A stretch of 64,000 nucleotides of DNA from Promethearchaeota archaeon (GCA_048940925.1 JBHLOC010000010.1:14051-78050); one strand, 5' to 3'. Positions 30,678-41,902 are shown, numbered from the stretch's first letter. Notes: a model not told the origin generated them from the letters alone. A program made the numbers and translations.

Positions 30678-32381
30678 ATGGAAGATGTTTTAAGTCTACT
30701 AACTGCATTTTTATCAATGAAAGATGATATTTTAGAGTACTATAACAATACCTATTTTTATCTAAAAGATCTTATTTCATATAAAGATATTACATTAAAT
30801 ACTTCAATTTCAACTGAGAGCGCAGCTACAATTAGGGATACACTTGAAAGAATGATAAAAGCCATAAAAACAGGTTTGAATACAATCGGAGTATCAATGA
30901 AAACATTGTCAAAAACTCAAAAAGACTTTCTAAATGTCGTAAATAATGAACGAGAGCGTCTTCAGAATTATGAGTCCTATTTTAATTTGTATAAAGAACT
31001 TTATCTAAATAAAATTTTATTCGAAATTTTGATCGAATATTTAGTTGATATTGATACAAAAAAAATTGAAACTTTAAAATTATTTGAATTATTACCTCAG
31101 AATGTTATAACAGGTTTAAATGATTATAAAGCAAAACATCTAAATTCAAAAAAAAAGAAAGAAGTATTGAAGAAAGCAGACTTAGAATCCTTAGTAGACT
31201 TTTCACGCATCTCTTTCAAGAATAGTGTAAAAAAACCAACAATTCCAGCGGAATTAAGTTCAACTATTACCGAAAAAAAAATCGAAACCGGATTAGATAT
31301 TTTAACCCAATTGAGAGTAGCAAAGAAGGATAATATTGAAACTCTTAAAACACCAAAAAAAGAACTAACTACACCATCACTAACTCCATCAGAAAAAACA
31401 TTTAAAATAATTGAAAGTCCTGATATTGCACCTCACGAGCAAAAAACTTCTTTTCATCTCAGAAAAACTGATAGAAATATCAAAACCTTTTTAGATTATT
31501 TTGGAAATTTTCCTGCTATTCAGCCCGATTTAATTAGTAAATTCAGGATAAATACTTTAAATATTATTAATTCGAGAGCTACAAATCCTGATTTTTTAGA
31601 CTTAGAATGCTTATTTTTTTATGTGTCCATCCTAAAAATGCTAAATATTGGCTCTCCTTTTACTTCAATTGAAGTTTTAGAAATTATTAAAAATTATGTT
31701 AATAATACGGTATTTAGTTCTTCTAAGAATGATACTCCTGATCCTCCAAATGTATTTTATGGTCTTTCTGTTGTTTTAGAATTAAACTTATTAAAAAATA
31801 CGAAATTCATTGATCTTTTTAATATTGAACAATTTATTAAATCTGAACTAGATCCATTTGTACCAGAGAAATTAGAGTTAAATTTCTATTCCCTTTTATG
31901 CTTAAAATTATTGGGAAAAATTGATTTAATTGGAGATAAAAAAGAAATATTATTAAGCTCAATTTTAAATCTAAAACTAGCGGACTTGGAAATATTTAAT
32001 CCAATTCTGGATATATTTTATAAATTAACCTCAATTAAATTATTAGATGATACAGTGCAAATAAAAAGATTAGCTGAGCCATATGTTGCAGAATTAAAAA
32101 GAAATTTAAGCTCAAAAGAAATAAGAAGTAATCTAATAACAACTATGGCAAAATCATTATTAATTTTTGATTTATTGGAATTAAAAGAGCAAGAAGCTGT
32201 ATTATGTAGCCAACTGTTAAACTCCATTATGGATACTACATATTTCTTTAAATTAGATGATATTAACAAATATTTTAATTGGCGTACTGATAAACTTGCA
32301 TATAAGGTTGAATTAAAAATGCTTTTTTATACGTTATTTGCATGCTCCCGTTATTTACCGTTACATTTCGAAAAATCTTAA
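30678..32381 (+). CDS. Hypothetical protein, helical C-terminal domain
   Basis: 567-aa ORF. Confidence 0.7.
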   Translation: MEDVLSLLTAFLSMKDDILEYYNNTYFYLKDLISYKDITLNTSISTESAATIRDTLERMIKAIKTGLNTIGVSMKTLSKTQKDFLNVVNNERERLQNYESYFNLYKELYLNKILFEILIEYLVDIDTKKIETLKLFELLPQNVITGLNDYKAKHLNSKKKKEVLKKADLESLVDFSRISFKNSVKKPTIPAELSSTITEKKIETGLDILTQLRVAKKDNIETLKTPKKELTTPSLTPSEKTFKIIESPDIAPHEQKTSFHLRKTDRNIKTFLDYFGNFPAIQPDLISKFRINTLNIINSRATNPDFLDLECLFFYVSILKMLNIGSPFTSIEVLEIIKNYVNNTVFSSSKNDTPDPPNVFYGLSVVLELNLLKNTKFIDLFNIEQFIKSELDPFVPEKLELNFYSLLCLKLLGKIDLIGDKKEILLSSILNLKLADLEIFNPILDIFYKLTSIKLLDDTVQIKRLAEPYVAELKRNLSSKEIRSNLITTMAKSLLIFDLLELKEQEAVLCSQLLNSIMDTTYFFKLDDINKYFNWRTDKLAYKVELKMLFYTLFACSRYLPLHFEKS

Positions 32382-32986
32382 TTTTTTAATTTAAAGATAT
32401 TTAGAAGAAAAGTTTTAATAGAAGGAATTATGCTTCCGCATTTAACGGATTTATTCCATTTTTTAATTACTATAAAATTTTTATTTAGTTCTTTAAATGC
32501 TTTATTACCTAATTCGATCCAATCATCTAGATTGATTATTGGTGCTTCAGAGCTAATGCCTGGACAATACTGTTTCCCTTTTTCAGTTAAAAATATTTCA
32601 ATTTCTCTGTTTTTTTCATTTGATGAATAATTAAATGTGAAAGGGAATGTTCTGCAAAACAATGGTCTTAAAGCATATATTAGACATTTGCTAGTTTTTT
32701 CATCATAAAAATAACAGCACCCTTTTTTATCTTTAATAAGACCTATGAATGCTGGACCTTTTTCCGTTAATAACGGCGAAATAACCATTTGATTTAATTG
32801 TTTAGAAGTTAGCTTTCTATCGTACATATAGAATCCTATAATTTCAAGAACTTCCTTTAATTCTAACCTTAAACCGTTTTTAATTCTTAAAATATCCAAA
32901 TATGTGAGATTTACTATAGTATCTTTATCTGTGCAACACTTTCCACATCGAATACATTCAAACCTATATTCTTGCTTCTTTTTCAT
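32378..32986 (-). CDS. YkgJ-family CxxCxxCC protein
   Basis: FECIRCGKCC...RPLFCRTFPF...CPG. Confidence 0.88.
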   Translation of the reverse strand: MKKKQEYRFECIRCGKCCTDKDTIVNLTYLDILRIKNGLRLELKEVLEIIGFYMYDRKLTSKQLNQMVISPLLTEKGPAFIGLIKDKKGCCYFYDEKTSKCLIYALRPLFCRTFPFTFNYSSNEKNREIEIFLTEKGKQYCPGISSEAPIINLDDWIELGNKAFKELNKNFIVIKKWNKSVKCGSIIPSIKTFLLNIFKLKN

Positions 32987-33037
32987 TGATAAAAAAAAAA
33001 ATTAGTAATAATTGTTTACTAAAAATGAGATAAGATA

Positions 33038-36000
33038 TTAATTAATTGGGACTACTATTTCCTGTTTTATTAAAGTTTCAATAGCTTCAATGACTAAATC
33101 TTTGTTTTCTTCACTAACTACTTCAACAATATCATTTAGTCTAATATCACGCTTTGACATTGATTGAACAACGTTTAAAACTCGAATCTCCATTTTTGTT
33201 AAAGTTTTTTCCTTTTTCAATTTTATGAGGTTAATGTCATCAGTTAATTTAAATGCTTCTTTATAAAATAACTCAAAATAATCTGTTAATATCGAAGGAA
33301 TTCGTTTTTCAAATTCGTCTAAAGAACCATCCCAATTTTCTATTTCATTTGTAAGTTTTAGATTCAAAGCTAACATAAGGAGAGAAATTTGTTCTTTTAA
33401 CCTAACAGATGACTTTTCTTCTAGAATAAAAACTGCTCTAATATCTTCCTTATCTGCGATGACGCAGTGGAAGTATTTAAAATCAAGTTCAATAATACTT
33501 TCAGTTTTCGTCTTTTCCTTTATTTGGGCAATTTTTTGTTTATAAACCTCTTTTTCAGAAAATTCCTCTCCTATAGTTGTGATAGCTTGTATAAATCCTG
33601 AAAAAAGTTCCTTTTTGTGCTTTTCCAAAATTGAATAACTTTTTGAATATAATGGTATACCACTCAATCTATGGATTATCACAATCGCTTGTATATTTTT
33701 TAAATCTTTGAATCTTTGAGTCCTTGCCATTAACTCTGATTCTTTTCTTCGCCTTCTTGGAAGCAATACATAAGATCTCAAACTCAAAATTCCTAAAGCG
33801 CTTACTATACTGACTAAAACACCAATTATTATCCATAATAAATAATTTGGAAGACCTCCGCCTCCAACAGGCTTTTCTATTACAACAATAAAAGAATATT
33901 GTGTTGTTTTGTAAGTTGTACTGTTGGATATGATTAATAAATTGAACTTGAAATTACCTTCTAAATCATTAGGTAATTTGATATATGTTTGATAAATTCC
34001 TGGAGAGGTTTCATTTATTGTCCCGATTCCATGATCCCAAGAAAAACTCACAGTAGCATCTTCTATAGAGATATTAGTTTTAGGATCTAATAATTGAATT
34101 TGTATATTAAGTGTTTCACCAATTTCAGCGTTAATTGTATCCCTAAAACCAATTGGATCGACACTAATTTCAATTTGTTCTACTAACAATTGGAATCCGA
34201 AAGTAGATATTTTATAATTTGGATCTTGGAATTCAAGATAGATATAGTTGATTCCAATTGAAAAGTATTCTGGTGAGCATAAAATAGATGTGTTAAACCA
34301 ATAACTTCCACTTTCAGTTAAACTTTTTCGGTAATCTCCGGAAATAAAAGTGATCACTCCTTCAGTTAAATATTCTTTATCGATCATAGACATTGCTCTA
34401 GCAGAGATTTCAATCTCATCATTGAAAGTAGTATTATAAACAGAATTTTCACTTACATCTTGAGAATTTAAATTTGCGAATAATTCAACCGATTGTTTGG
34501 TTATTTGAAATTGATAAATATAATTTTGAGGTTCATAAGCAACAGCTGAAAAATTAATACTTAATTCATAAATTCCTACTTCATTGATAAATAGAGTACT
34601 AAATTCAATATTATACTCTCCATTTCCGGTATTATTTACTGAATATAAAGATTTATTTGGGATACTCACGTTTACATCTGCCCCATCAATACCCCCTCCT
34701 TCAAAATCAGTGAACTTAAATTTGATTGTGCTATTATCATGGAGTTCAATATTGTATTCAGATTCTAAGACTTGTAAATTCGTTTTTTCACCCAAATTGA
34801 TTTCTAGAGTAAAATTACTTTCTAAAAATCCAATTTTTGAAGAGTGAACTACAATATTGTATAATCCATGAGATGATAAATCAGATGTATATATAAGTGT
34901 TTCATAAAATCCCGGAGCAGATTCTTCAAAATATCGAGTTCCATCAGTCCAATTATAAGATACGATCGCATTTGATATTGTTAAATTATTTTCACAATCT
35001 TTCAATAAAACTCTAATAGGAATGAGATCACCTACAAAACCTTCAGTTCTTAAATCAGGTTTCGCATCCTCAGGTTTTAAAAGTGTAAGTGAACTATTAT
35101 GCATTAAAATAAAACTTGAGTTTAATCCTCCTAATGCAGTGCCATTACTCCAAAATATGGTATAATTGTATTGTCCTCCTATAAAGTCTTCTGGAGTAAA
35201 AAATAAACTTGAAAATATAACTGTACCATTCGAATAAGGATTTTTTGATTCCTGATACCATAATGTACCATTAGGATAGTAAATTTTTAAACTTAGAGAA
35301 GTAAGGTTTACATTAGGGGGAATTTCATTAGAATAATTTACTTGAGTTCTAATTCTTGTAGTATCTCCAGAATAAAATGTATTTACTCCCCAGAGTCCAT
35401 CCTTAGACATTTTTGTATTACTTAAATTCAGATAATTCGGAGAATTTGCCGTGAATTTCCACCATCCTGGAAATACTGCATTAGTTTTATTAACCTTTAA
35501 AACCGTATTACCAATTTCTCCACCTTCAAAAGATCGGGATTGTAATGTTGGATCTAAAACAGATAAAAATTCCCAATTTGAGGGTTTAATTATTTCAAAC
35601 TCGAAATCAGTATACTGAGGAGGCATGTAAAAATTATGATAAAACTCCCAATAAATTGTGCTATTTTTTAAAATTTTGTATGTGATACCTTGAGCATTTA
35701 ATTGATTAATTTTCGATATAGTTTCATGATATCCATACAAAGTAGTATTTAATTTAAAGTCTAATTGCGGAGAAGTAGTATTGAAAGTTAATATTATTGG
35801 ATAAGTATCCCAAATTCCATCGAAATTTAAAGTTCCCATTCCCCAATTGGGACCACTAATTAGATTTTTTTGAGTTGAATTAGCCTTGGTAGTTAAATTA
35901 ATTCCTTCTTGAGTTGAATTTGCAATGGCTGTTATACTAAGAGAAACATTATCAAACCATATAACTTGTTGATAAGCATCTTGAAAGCCAGAATAAGAAA

Positions 36001-37255
36001 CTGATGCTCCACTCATTATTCCTACTGATATATTTATTTTTTGGTCATTAACAGGATTGTTAAAAATTTTTGAAGTATTTACCCATAAATCAAGATTAAT
36101 TTTACCAGTATGATGCCATTGATATCTTCCAGCTTCAACAACTTCTCTTAAACCCAAAGTATATACTTTTTTATTGTTTATCGCAAAATATATCAGGTTG
36201 TCATTAGATTCCATAGCAAATTCAGCATAATACGCAAAACTAATATCAGCATCTATTACATTACCTCTTGGAATTGTTAGATTTTGATAAATTTCAGAGT
36301 AATTTCCTTTAGTATAATCGGCAGTAAAGTAATCACTATGATCTGTCCTATCTGGTTTAGAATATAATGCTGTATACATCGCAGTATTTTTTCCAATCCA
36401 ACCAGATCCGTAGTTGTGGGTATCATCATTCGTATTATTTCCCCAATTAACAAAATTATCTAAAAATCCCGAACTTGCATTTACATATTCATATCGATCA
36501 ATATAATATCCATACTCATTGGAACCTAACCAATCATCAGACCCAATTGTGATATTTATTCCATTTCCTAAAATCCACGGAGTAAAAAAGTCATATTTAA
36601 ATCCTGTATCACAAAAACAGCATTTATCAAATTTATTCCATATAAAAACACAATCCCAAACTGGTTCAAATTCCATTGTATCAAAATGAACTCTTATAGC
36701 TAATGCATCATTTTGGTATATTTTTGAATGAATATTCGCTGGATTAGTGGGATCTTCATCTAAGTCATCAGCATAATTATGAGGCGGATTTCCAGGAGGA
36801 TCAATATTATGTAAATCAACATCTTTACTGTATACGGTTACATTATTAATAAACCCACTATTATTTATCCATTCACGGCTATCTTGAATATTATTTATTG
36901 ATGTTTCGATTCTTGAGACTTTCCAGTCGTGTTCTTCATCTAAATAATAAGTTAAATTTAGTTCTTCTTGATTAGTTACTGAAACTTCTTGATTAAATTT
37001 ATAAAGAGTACCAGTATCAGTAATATTTAAAGGGAGTTCTGTTCCTTGAAATAATATTTCTTCCTCATTAGCTGTTTTTAAGTTTTCACTATAAAATTCT
37101 ACATCATCATTATCTTCACAGCTATAGTCATTAAATTGCGTTTTTAAGTTAATTAAACTTGAATCAAATAAAAGAATCATTGATAAAATAAAAGCAATAA
37201 CAATTGTTTTCCGAGTTTTATTTTTAAAAATAGTTTTTCTATCTTTATTTACCAA
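33038..37255 (-). CDS. Large single-pass surface protein: CUB-like and Ig-like ectodomain, TM, cytoplasmic longin + wHTH
   Basis: N-terminal signal/TM; IRVHF..EFE..WD...SD...GYYID CUB-like; many NxS/T sequons; TM YLLWIIIGV; IIHRLSGIPLY...LFSGFIQAI longin. Confidence 0.8.
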   Translation of the reverse strand: MVNKDRKTIFKNKTRKTIVIAFILSMILLFDSSLINLKTQFNDYSCEDNDDVEFYSENLKTANEEEILFQGTELPLNITDTGTLYKFNQEVSVTNQEELNLTYYLDEEHDWKVSRIETSINNIQDSREWINNSGFINNVTVYSKDVDLHNIDPPGNPPHNYADDLDEDPTNPANIHSKIYQNDALAIRVHFDTMEFEPVWDCVFIWNKFDKCCFCDTGFKYDFFTPWILGNGINITIGSDDWLGSNEYGYYIDRYEYVNASSGFLDNFVNWGNNTNDDTHNYGSGWIGKNTAMYTALYSKPDRTDHSDYFTADYTKGNYSEIYQNLTIPRGNVIDADISFAYYAEFAMESNDNLIYFAINNKKVYTLGLREVVEAGRYQWHHTGKINLDLWVNTSKIFNNPVNDQKINISVGIMSGASVSYSGFQDAYQQVIWFDNVSLSITAIANSTQEGINLTTKANSTQKNLISGPNWGMGTLNFDGIWDTYPIILTFNTTSPQLDFKLNTTLYGYHETISKINQLNAQGITYKILKNSTIYWEFYHNFYMPPQYTDFEFEIIKPSNWEFLSVLDPTLQSRSFEGGEIGNTVLKVNKTNAVFPGWWKFTANSPNYLNLSNTKMSKDGLWGVNTFYSGDTTRIRTQVNYSNEIPPNVNLTSLSLKIYYPNGTLWYQESKNPYSNGTVIFSSLFFTPEDFIGGQYNYTIFWSNGTALGGLNSSFILMHNSSLTLLKPEDAKPDLRTEGFVGDLIPIRVLLKDCENNLTISNAIVSYNWTDGTRYFEESAPGFYETLIYTSDLSSHGLYNIVVHSSKIGFLESNFTLEINLGEKTNLQVLESEYNIELHDNSTIKFKFTDFEGGGIDGADVNVSIPNKSLYSVNNTGNGEYNIEFSTLFINEVGIYELSINFSAVAYEPQNYIYQFQITKQSVELFANLNSQDVSENSVYNTTFNDEIEISARAMSMIDKEYLTEGVITFISGDYRKSLTESGSYWFNTSILCSPEYFSIGINYIYLEFQDPNYKISTFGFQLLVEQIEISVDPIGFRDTINAEIGETLNIQIQLLDPKTNISIEDATVSFSWDHGIGTINETSPGIYQTYIKLPNDLEGNFKFNLLIISNSTTYKTTQYSFIVVIEKPVGGGGLPNYLLWIIIGVLVSIVSALGILSLRSYVLLPRRRRKESELMARTQRFKDLKNIQAIVIIHRLSGIPLYSKSYSILEKHKKELFSGFIQAITTIGEEFSEKEVYKQKIAQIKEKTKTESIIELDFKYFHCVIADKEDIRAVFILEEKSSVRLKEQISLLMLALNLKLTNEIENWDGSLDEFEKRIPSILTDYFELFYKEAFKLTDDINLIKLKKEKTLTKMEIRVLNVVQSMSKRDIRLNDIVEVVSEENKDLVIEAIETLIKQEIVVPIN

Positions 37256-37443
37256 AAATATCCCCTTTACTAAAAAAAGTGTAAAATATTCTTATGTATT
37301 TAAAATGAAATTTCATAAATTTAAATAATTGTAGATATAACCACTGAATTAAATCCTTAACTATTATTTAATATTTTATAATCTTTCAGAATTAATTTTA
37401 TATAAAGAACGAGAAATATGGTAAAATTGTTATCTAATTAATT

Positions 37444-37758
37444 TTAATTAAGTAAAAATTCATCTTTTAATTTTGAAATTAAAGATCTTCGGTCTTTTTC
37501 AGAAACTTGATTGATATCAACTCCACGATTATTATAAATATCGGGAGGAATATCTTCAAATAAAGAAATAATTAAAATAATAGCATTTGTAACTAAAGTC
37601 TTGTTTTTTGTTCGGTCTAAATAATTCATCAATTCTATCAGGGACTTGCTTTTCCAAATCTCTTTATTCTCTTTATTCACTTTTTCTTTTTGAAAAAAAT
37701 CAATAATTTTTAGATAACAATCTAATTCAAATTCATCATAGTTATTATTAATTTTCAT
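37444..37758 (-). CDS. Hypothetical protein
   Basis: 104-aa ORF. Confidence 0.6.
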   Translation of the reverse strand: MKINNNYDEFELDCYLKIIDFFQKEKVNKENKEIWKSKSLIELMNYLDRTKNKTLVTNAIILIISLFEDIPPDIYNNRGVDINQVSEKDRRSLISKLKDEFLLN

Positions 37759-38164
37759 CTTTGTGTTACCTAATTTTTAAACCCCTACATATTTAAACTA
37801 AAAATATATTTTTAAATTCATTTATTATCTCGAATTTTTGTTATAACATTCCGCACATTGATATACTTTCTCTATAATAAGATACCCGTAAAGCCAATTA
37901 ATCAAGTTCTTTTTAAAGAATGATATTTGTGTGTAAAATTTTTTTGATACTTGGTTTATAGTTTTTGTATGTACATTATTTTCTATTATAATATGTAGAT
38001 ATTATATCAATTCGAAATAAAAAAAAATTTAGGGAATAATTTAACCAGTCTGTTGAAAAAAAGAATTATTTTACGACATTTAAATAATAAAAAATTTTAA
38101 ATTGATTTACGCTTAAAAAAATTAAGGATTTCAAATATAAGTAATTGTACTTTTTTATGAACAT

Positions 38165-38791
38165 ATGCAGAATTTACTCAATACTATTGAGCTCCTTAAA
38201 AATAGTCCTATAAGTGAATTAATTTCACAGCGCTTACATGAATTTAAACGTCTGCGTCATGGATCAATTAATAGCATTTTCAAAGAGATGTGTTTTTGTA
38301 TAATGACAGCAAATTGTAGTGCCAAAATGTGTATTGAAGTGCATGAAACAATAGATAACGGATTTTTAACTTTATCTGAAGATCAGTTGGTACAAGAATT
38401 CAAGGACAAAAAATATCGGTTTCCAAATGTTCGCGCAAAATATATTTTAGAAGCAAGAAAACTTAAAGAAGATTTGGATCTTATGATAAAAGAAAATACT
38501 GGCACAAATAATTTGAGAGATTGGCTTGTTAAAAATGTAAAGGGACTTGGATATAAGGAGGCAAGTCATTTCCTACGAAATATCGGTTATACAGATTTTG
38601 CAATAATAGATTTTCATATTATTGATACCTTAGTAAAATTCAATATAATTGAAAAGCCAAAAACACTTACTAAAAAGAAATATTTAGAAATAGAAACTAT
38701 TTTAAGAACTATTGGAAATAAGTTAAATCTAAATTTAGGTGAATTAGACCTATTTTTATGGTATTATGAGACAGGAAAAGTACTAAAATAA
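38165..38791 (+). CDS. ogg: 8-oxoguanine DNA glycosylase/AP lyase (archaeal Ogg)
   Basis: FCIMTAN, RFPNVRA, VKGLGYKEASHFLRN, AIIDFHI, C-terminal GKVLK. Confidence 0.92.
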   Translation: MQNLLNTIELLKNSPISELISQRLHEFKRLRHGSINSIFKEMCFCIMTANCSAKMCIEVHETIDNGFLTLSEDQLVQEFKDKKYRFPNVRAKYILEARKLKEDLDLMIKENTGTNNLRDWLVKNVKGLGYKEASHFLRNIGYTDFAIIDFHIIDTLVKFNIIEKPKTLTKKKYLEIETILRTIGNKLNLNLGELDLFLWYYETGKVLK

Positions 38792-38839
38792 TATTTCTTA
38801 TCTCATAATTCAGAATTAAAATTTAGATGATCGTAAAGG

Positions 38840-38981
38840 TGGGGTGATAATAGAATTTTGTTTTATGGAATAACTGTTGTTTTTCCTTTTTCGTGTATCA
38901 CCTGTACTATTATTAAAGGTTAATGTATCCATTTACCTCTTCAATACAGTGAATATACGTTCTGCTCTATATATCACCCCA
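38840..38981. ncRNA. Candidate structured non-coding RNA (three-way junction)
   Basis: Perfect 10-bp closing inverted repeat TGGGGTGATA/TATCACCCCA enclosing two further hairpins, between convergent genes. Confidence 0.45.
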
Positions 38982-39074
38982 TTATTATAAGGATGACGAG
39001 TATAACTGCAGAAAAATAATAAGACAAAAGTGTATATAAAACTTTTCTTTTTTTTTCATAAAGTTACAAAATTG

Positions 39075-40184
39075 TTAAATTTTCCATTGTCCCTCTTCAT
39101 AGATAACTTTTCCGTCAGCTAGAATTCTAGATCCTGGGAATTTCATATCTTTCAAAATATCCCAATGAATTGCTGATTTATTTTTAGAGCCACATTCCAT
39201 AAAGCCCAACCCTAGAGCAAAATGTAATGTTCCCCCGATTTTTTCGTCAAATAACATATTTTTGGTAAATTTGGTGATACCATAATTATTGCCAATAGCG
39301 AATTCTCCAATTCTATTAGCATTTTCAATTTTGAGAATTTCTTTAAGTAAATCTTCGCCTTTGTCTGCCGTTGTCTCAATAATTTTTCCTTCTTTAAACC
39401 GCAAGAATATATTTTCAATTTCTCTTCCTTGAAATATCCCAGGATAAGTAAATCTAATATGCCCATTAGCTGAATCTTCAAGTGGACTAGTATAGACTTC
39501 CCCATCAGGTAGATTTTCATTTCCTGAACTATTTTTCCATACTCGATCTTCCACAGAAAAATAAAGATCAGTGTCTTCTCCCATAACATGAATTTCTTTT
39601 ACATTTTTTAGATACTTAATGATTTTTTCTTGTTTTTTATTCAGTTTATTCCATTCATCAATAGGGTTCTCCTTTTCTAAGAATAATGCATTCTTTATGA
39701 AATTGATATAAGAAAATAAATCCATGTTTGCTTCTTGGGCTAAAGAATTACTTGGAAACGGAAGTACCAGATATCCTAACTCTTTTTTACTCATTCTCTC
39801 TTCCAATATTTCAAAAATTTCTCTTCTATCTGGTGATCCTTGAGATTTAGAAATAATTTCAGGATTAACTTGACTTAATTTTCGAGTATTATAATCTCCC
39901 AATATAACAACATAATGGTCAAATTCTTTGAGAATCATTTTTTGAACCTTGTCTACATATAACAATTGTTCTTCAGAAGCATATTTATAATATAATTCTG
40001 ATATACCTTCAATTTGTGGAAGAAGTAGAGGATGTCCCCCAACTTTAAGGATTTCGATATACAGTGCCTGAAAGAGTTCTTTTGCTAATGCAGGACCAGC
40101 AATATATACTCTTTGTCCTTTTTTTACTCGAAGCGAATAATTTACTGCTATACTTGCCAGTTTCTCATAAAATTCGTTAATCAT
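39075..40184 (-). CDS. M29 (AmpS/AmpT) metallo-aminopeptidase
   Basis: NLPDGEVYTSP, GEFAIG, LFDEKIGGTLHFALG, SAIHWD. Confidence 0.93.
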   Translation of the reverse strand: MINEFYEKLASIAVNYSLRVKKGQRVYIAGPALAKELFQALYIEILKVGGHPLLLPQIEGISELYYKYASEEQLLYVDKVQKMILKEFDHYVVILGDYNTRKLSQVNPEIISKSQGSPDRREIFEILEERMSKKELGYLVLPFPSNSLAQEANMDLFSYINFIKNALFLEKENPIDEWNKLNKKQEKIIKYLKNVKEIHVMGEDTDLYFSVEDRVWKNSSGNENLPDGEVYTSPLEDSANGHIRFTYPGIFQGREIENIFLRFKEGKIIETTADKGEDLLKEILKIENANRIGEFAIGNNYGITKFTKNMLFDEKIGGTLHFALGLGFMECGSKNKSAIHWDILKDMKFPGSRILADGKVIYEEGQWKI

Positions 40185-40264
40185 AATTAATAAATTTCAT
40201 CTTAAGATAAAAATCATTTTAAATAAATTTACTATAAAAATAAAAGACTAACAATTTTCTTTTA

Positions 40265-40564
40265 TTATCCGACTCTAGGAGGTTTAATCTCCTTCTTTTT
40301 CTTTTTTTTTATATATATACCATACTTTCTTTCTTGGTGTTTAGTATATAAACCGACTCCAATGAGGAATACTGAAAGAATTAAATAACTTATCCAAAAA
40401 ATAAGTCCGGTAAGAAACCCTGTCCTATTTGTAATCCCATATGCTATTGCAAAAAATAAAATACCCACAATTGCTAATATTGCACTAATTGTACCGCAGA
40501 TTAAATCAAAATAGAGTCTCTTTCTTTCTTCTTTTGCTTCATCCTTTAAACCCATTACTAACAC
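40265..40564 (-). CDS. Small 2-TM membrane protein
   Basis: Two TM segments, basic tail. Confidence 0.65.
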   Translation of the reverse strand: MLVMGLKDEAKEERKRLYFDLICGTISAILAIVGILFFAIAYGITNRTGFLTGLIFWISYLILSVFLIGVGLYTKHQERKYGIYIKKKKKKEIKPPRVG

Positions 40565-40597
40565 GCGATATTTATATGCAAATTTATATATCTCCTA

Positions 40598-41782
40598 TTA
40601 TTTTATAAAATCTTCAAGTAAGTTATACACGATTTCTAATATTTCAATCGTAGGTAAAAATGTAAATCTAACATGTCCTTTACCATAATCACCAAATCCT
40701 GATCCATATACACCACAAACTCCTGTTTTTTCGAGTAAATCCATAGCAAATTCTTTATCATCTTTCCAATCTCCTAACTCTTTAAAATCTAATTTTGGAA
40801 ATAAATAAAAAGCTCCATTTGGCTTAACACAAGTTATGCCTTCAATTTTTCTTAATCTATTATATGAGTAATCTCGTCTTTCCCGCAACTTATGGACCAT
40901 TTCTTTTGTATGGGTCCCTGGATTTTGGAGGATGCTAATAGCGGCATATTGAGCTATTGAACTAGCAGAAAGTCTTGCTCGTGCCATTTTAGCAATTCCT
41001 TCTTTTAATTCATGTAATTTATTTTCAGGATCGTGATAGTACATATATCCTAATCTCCATCCTGTAGCAAGATGAGATTTTGAAAACCCATTCAATCCAA
41101 TTAATGGAACATCCTTACTGAGTGAAGCTGGACACGTAAAAGGCTTATCATAGACTATTTGATCATATATCTCATCAGATAAGATAGGTAAATTGTGCTC
41201 TCCAGCAATATCAATAATTTCTTTTATCATCTTTTCACTATACATAACTCCTGTTGGGTTATTAGGAGAACATATCAGGATGGCTTTTGTTTTATGTGTG
41301 ATTTTCTTTCTCAAATCATCTGTATTAGGTTCCCAATCATTATTTTCATCTAATTCATATTCAATGGGGACTCCATCAAAAAATTTTGCATAATTTATAT
41401 ATAAGGGATAACTAGGACCTGGGATAAGTATTTCATTTTTATTTTCAATTAATCCTGCTAAAAGAAAGAAAATTGCTTCAGTGACCCCTGCAGTTACTAA
41501 CACGTCATCGACACTTACATCAATATTATAAGTTTGTTTTAAAGTGTTGCTAAGTTCAACTCTCAGTTCAGGTACACCTAATGAATTTGCATAAAAATTC
41601 TTTCCTTCGAAGGAAGCGTCAGCTAATGCTTGGGAAATATATTTAGGTACTCTAAAATCATATTTTGCTGGATCCCCTATATTTAAATGATATACTTTTT
41701 TCCCACTCTTAGCAACTTTCTCAGCAACAGCAGCAATTTCACGGATTGCATATTCGATAACTTGTAGTCTTTTGGAAATCAT
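40598..41782 (-). CDS. PLP-dependent aminotransferase class I/II (alanine aminotransferase-like)
   Basis: LNIGDP, SPNNPTG, SDEIY, GFSKSHLATGWRLGY. Confidence 0.93.
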   Translation of the reverse strand: MISKRLQVIEYAIREIAAVAEKVAKSGKKVYHLNIGDPAKYDFRVPKYISQALADASFEGKNFYANSLGVPELRVELSNTLKQTYNIDVSVDDVLVTAGVTEAIFFLLAGLIENKNEILIPGPSYPLYINYAKFFDGVPIEYELDENNDWEPNTDDLRKKITHKTKAILICSPNNPTGVMYSEKMIKEIIDIAGEHNLPILSDEIYDQIVYDKPFTCPASLSKDVPLIGLNGFSKSHLATGWRLGYMYYHDPENKLHELKEGIAKMARARLSASSIAQYAAISILQNPGTHTKEMVHKLRERRDYSYNRLRKIEGITCVKPNGAFYLFPKLDFKELGDWKDDKEFAMDLLEKTGVCGVYGSGFGDYGKGHVRFTFLPTIEILEIVYNLLEDFIK

Positions 41783-41902
41783 TTACTTTCCCTTTAGTAG
41801 AAATACTATTGTAACTAACTAGAATTTATATGTGAGTAAATGTGGTAGATACCTAAATAATTTTAAGATTTTGAAAAAGTTAAAATTTTAAAAAGAGAAT
41901 TA

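Noticed and set aside
37824-37995. Minus-strand open frame ending ...VYQCAECYNKNSR
   Set aside because: No canonical start after the upstream stop and only one CxxC; cannot be supported.
38804-38985. Transposase remnant or small ORF on the minus strand (YRAERIFTVLKR*; MDTLTFNN...)
   Set aside because: Resemblance to IS transposase tails is too short to support; the nested base-pairing explains the region better.
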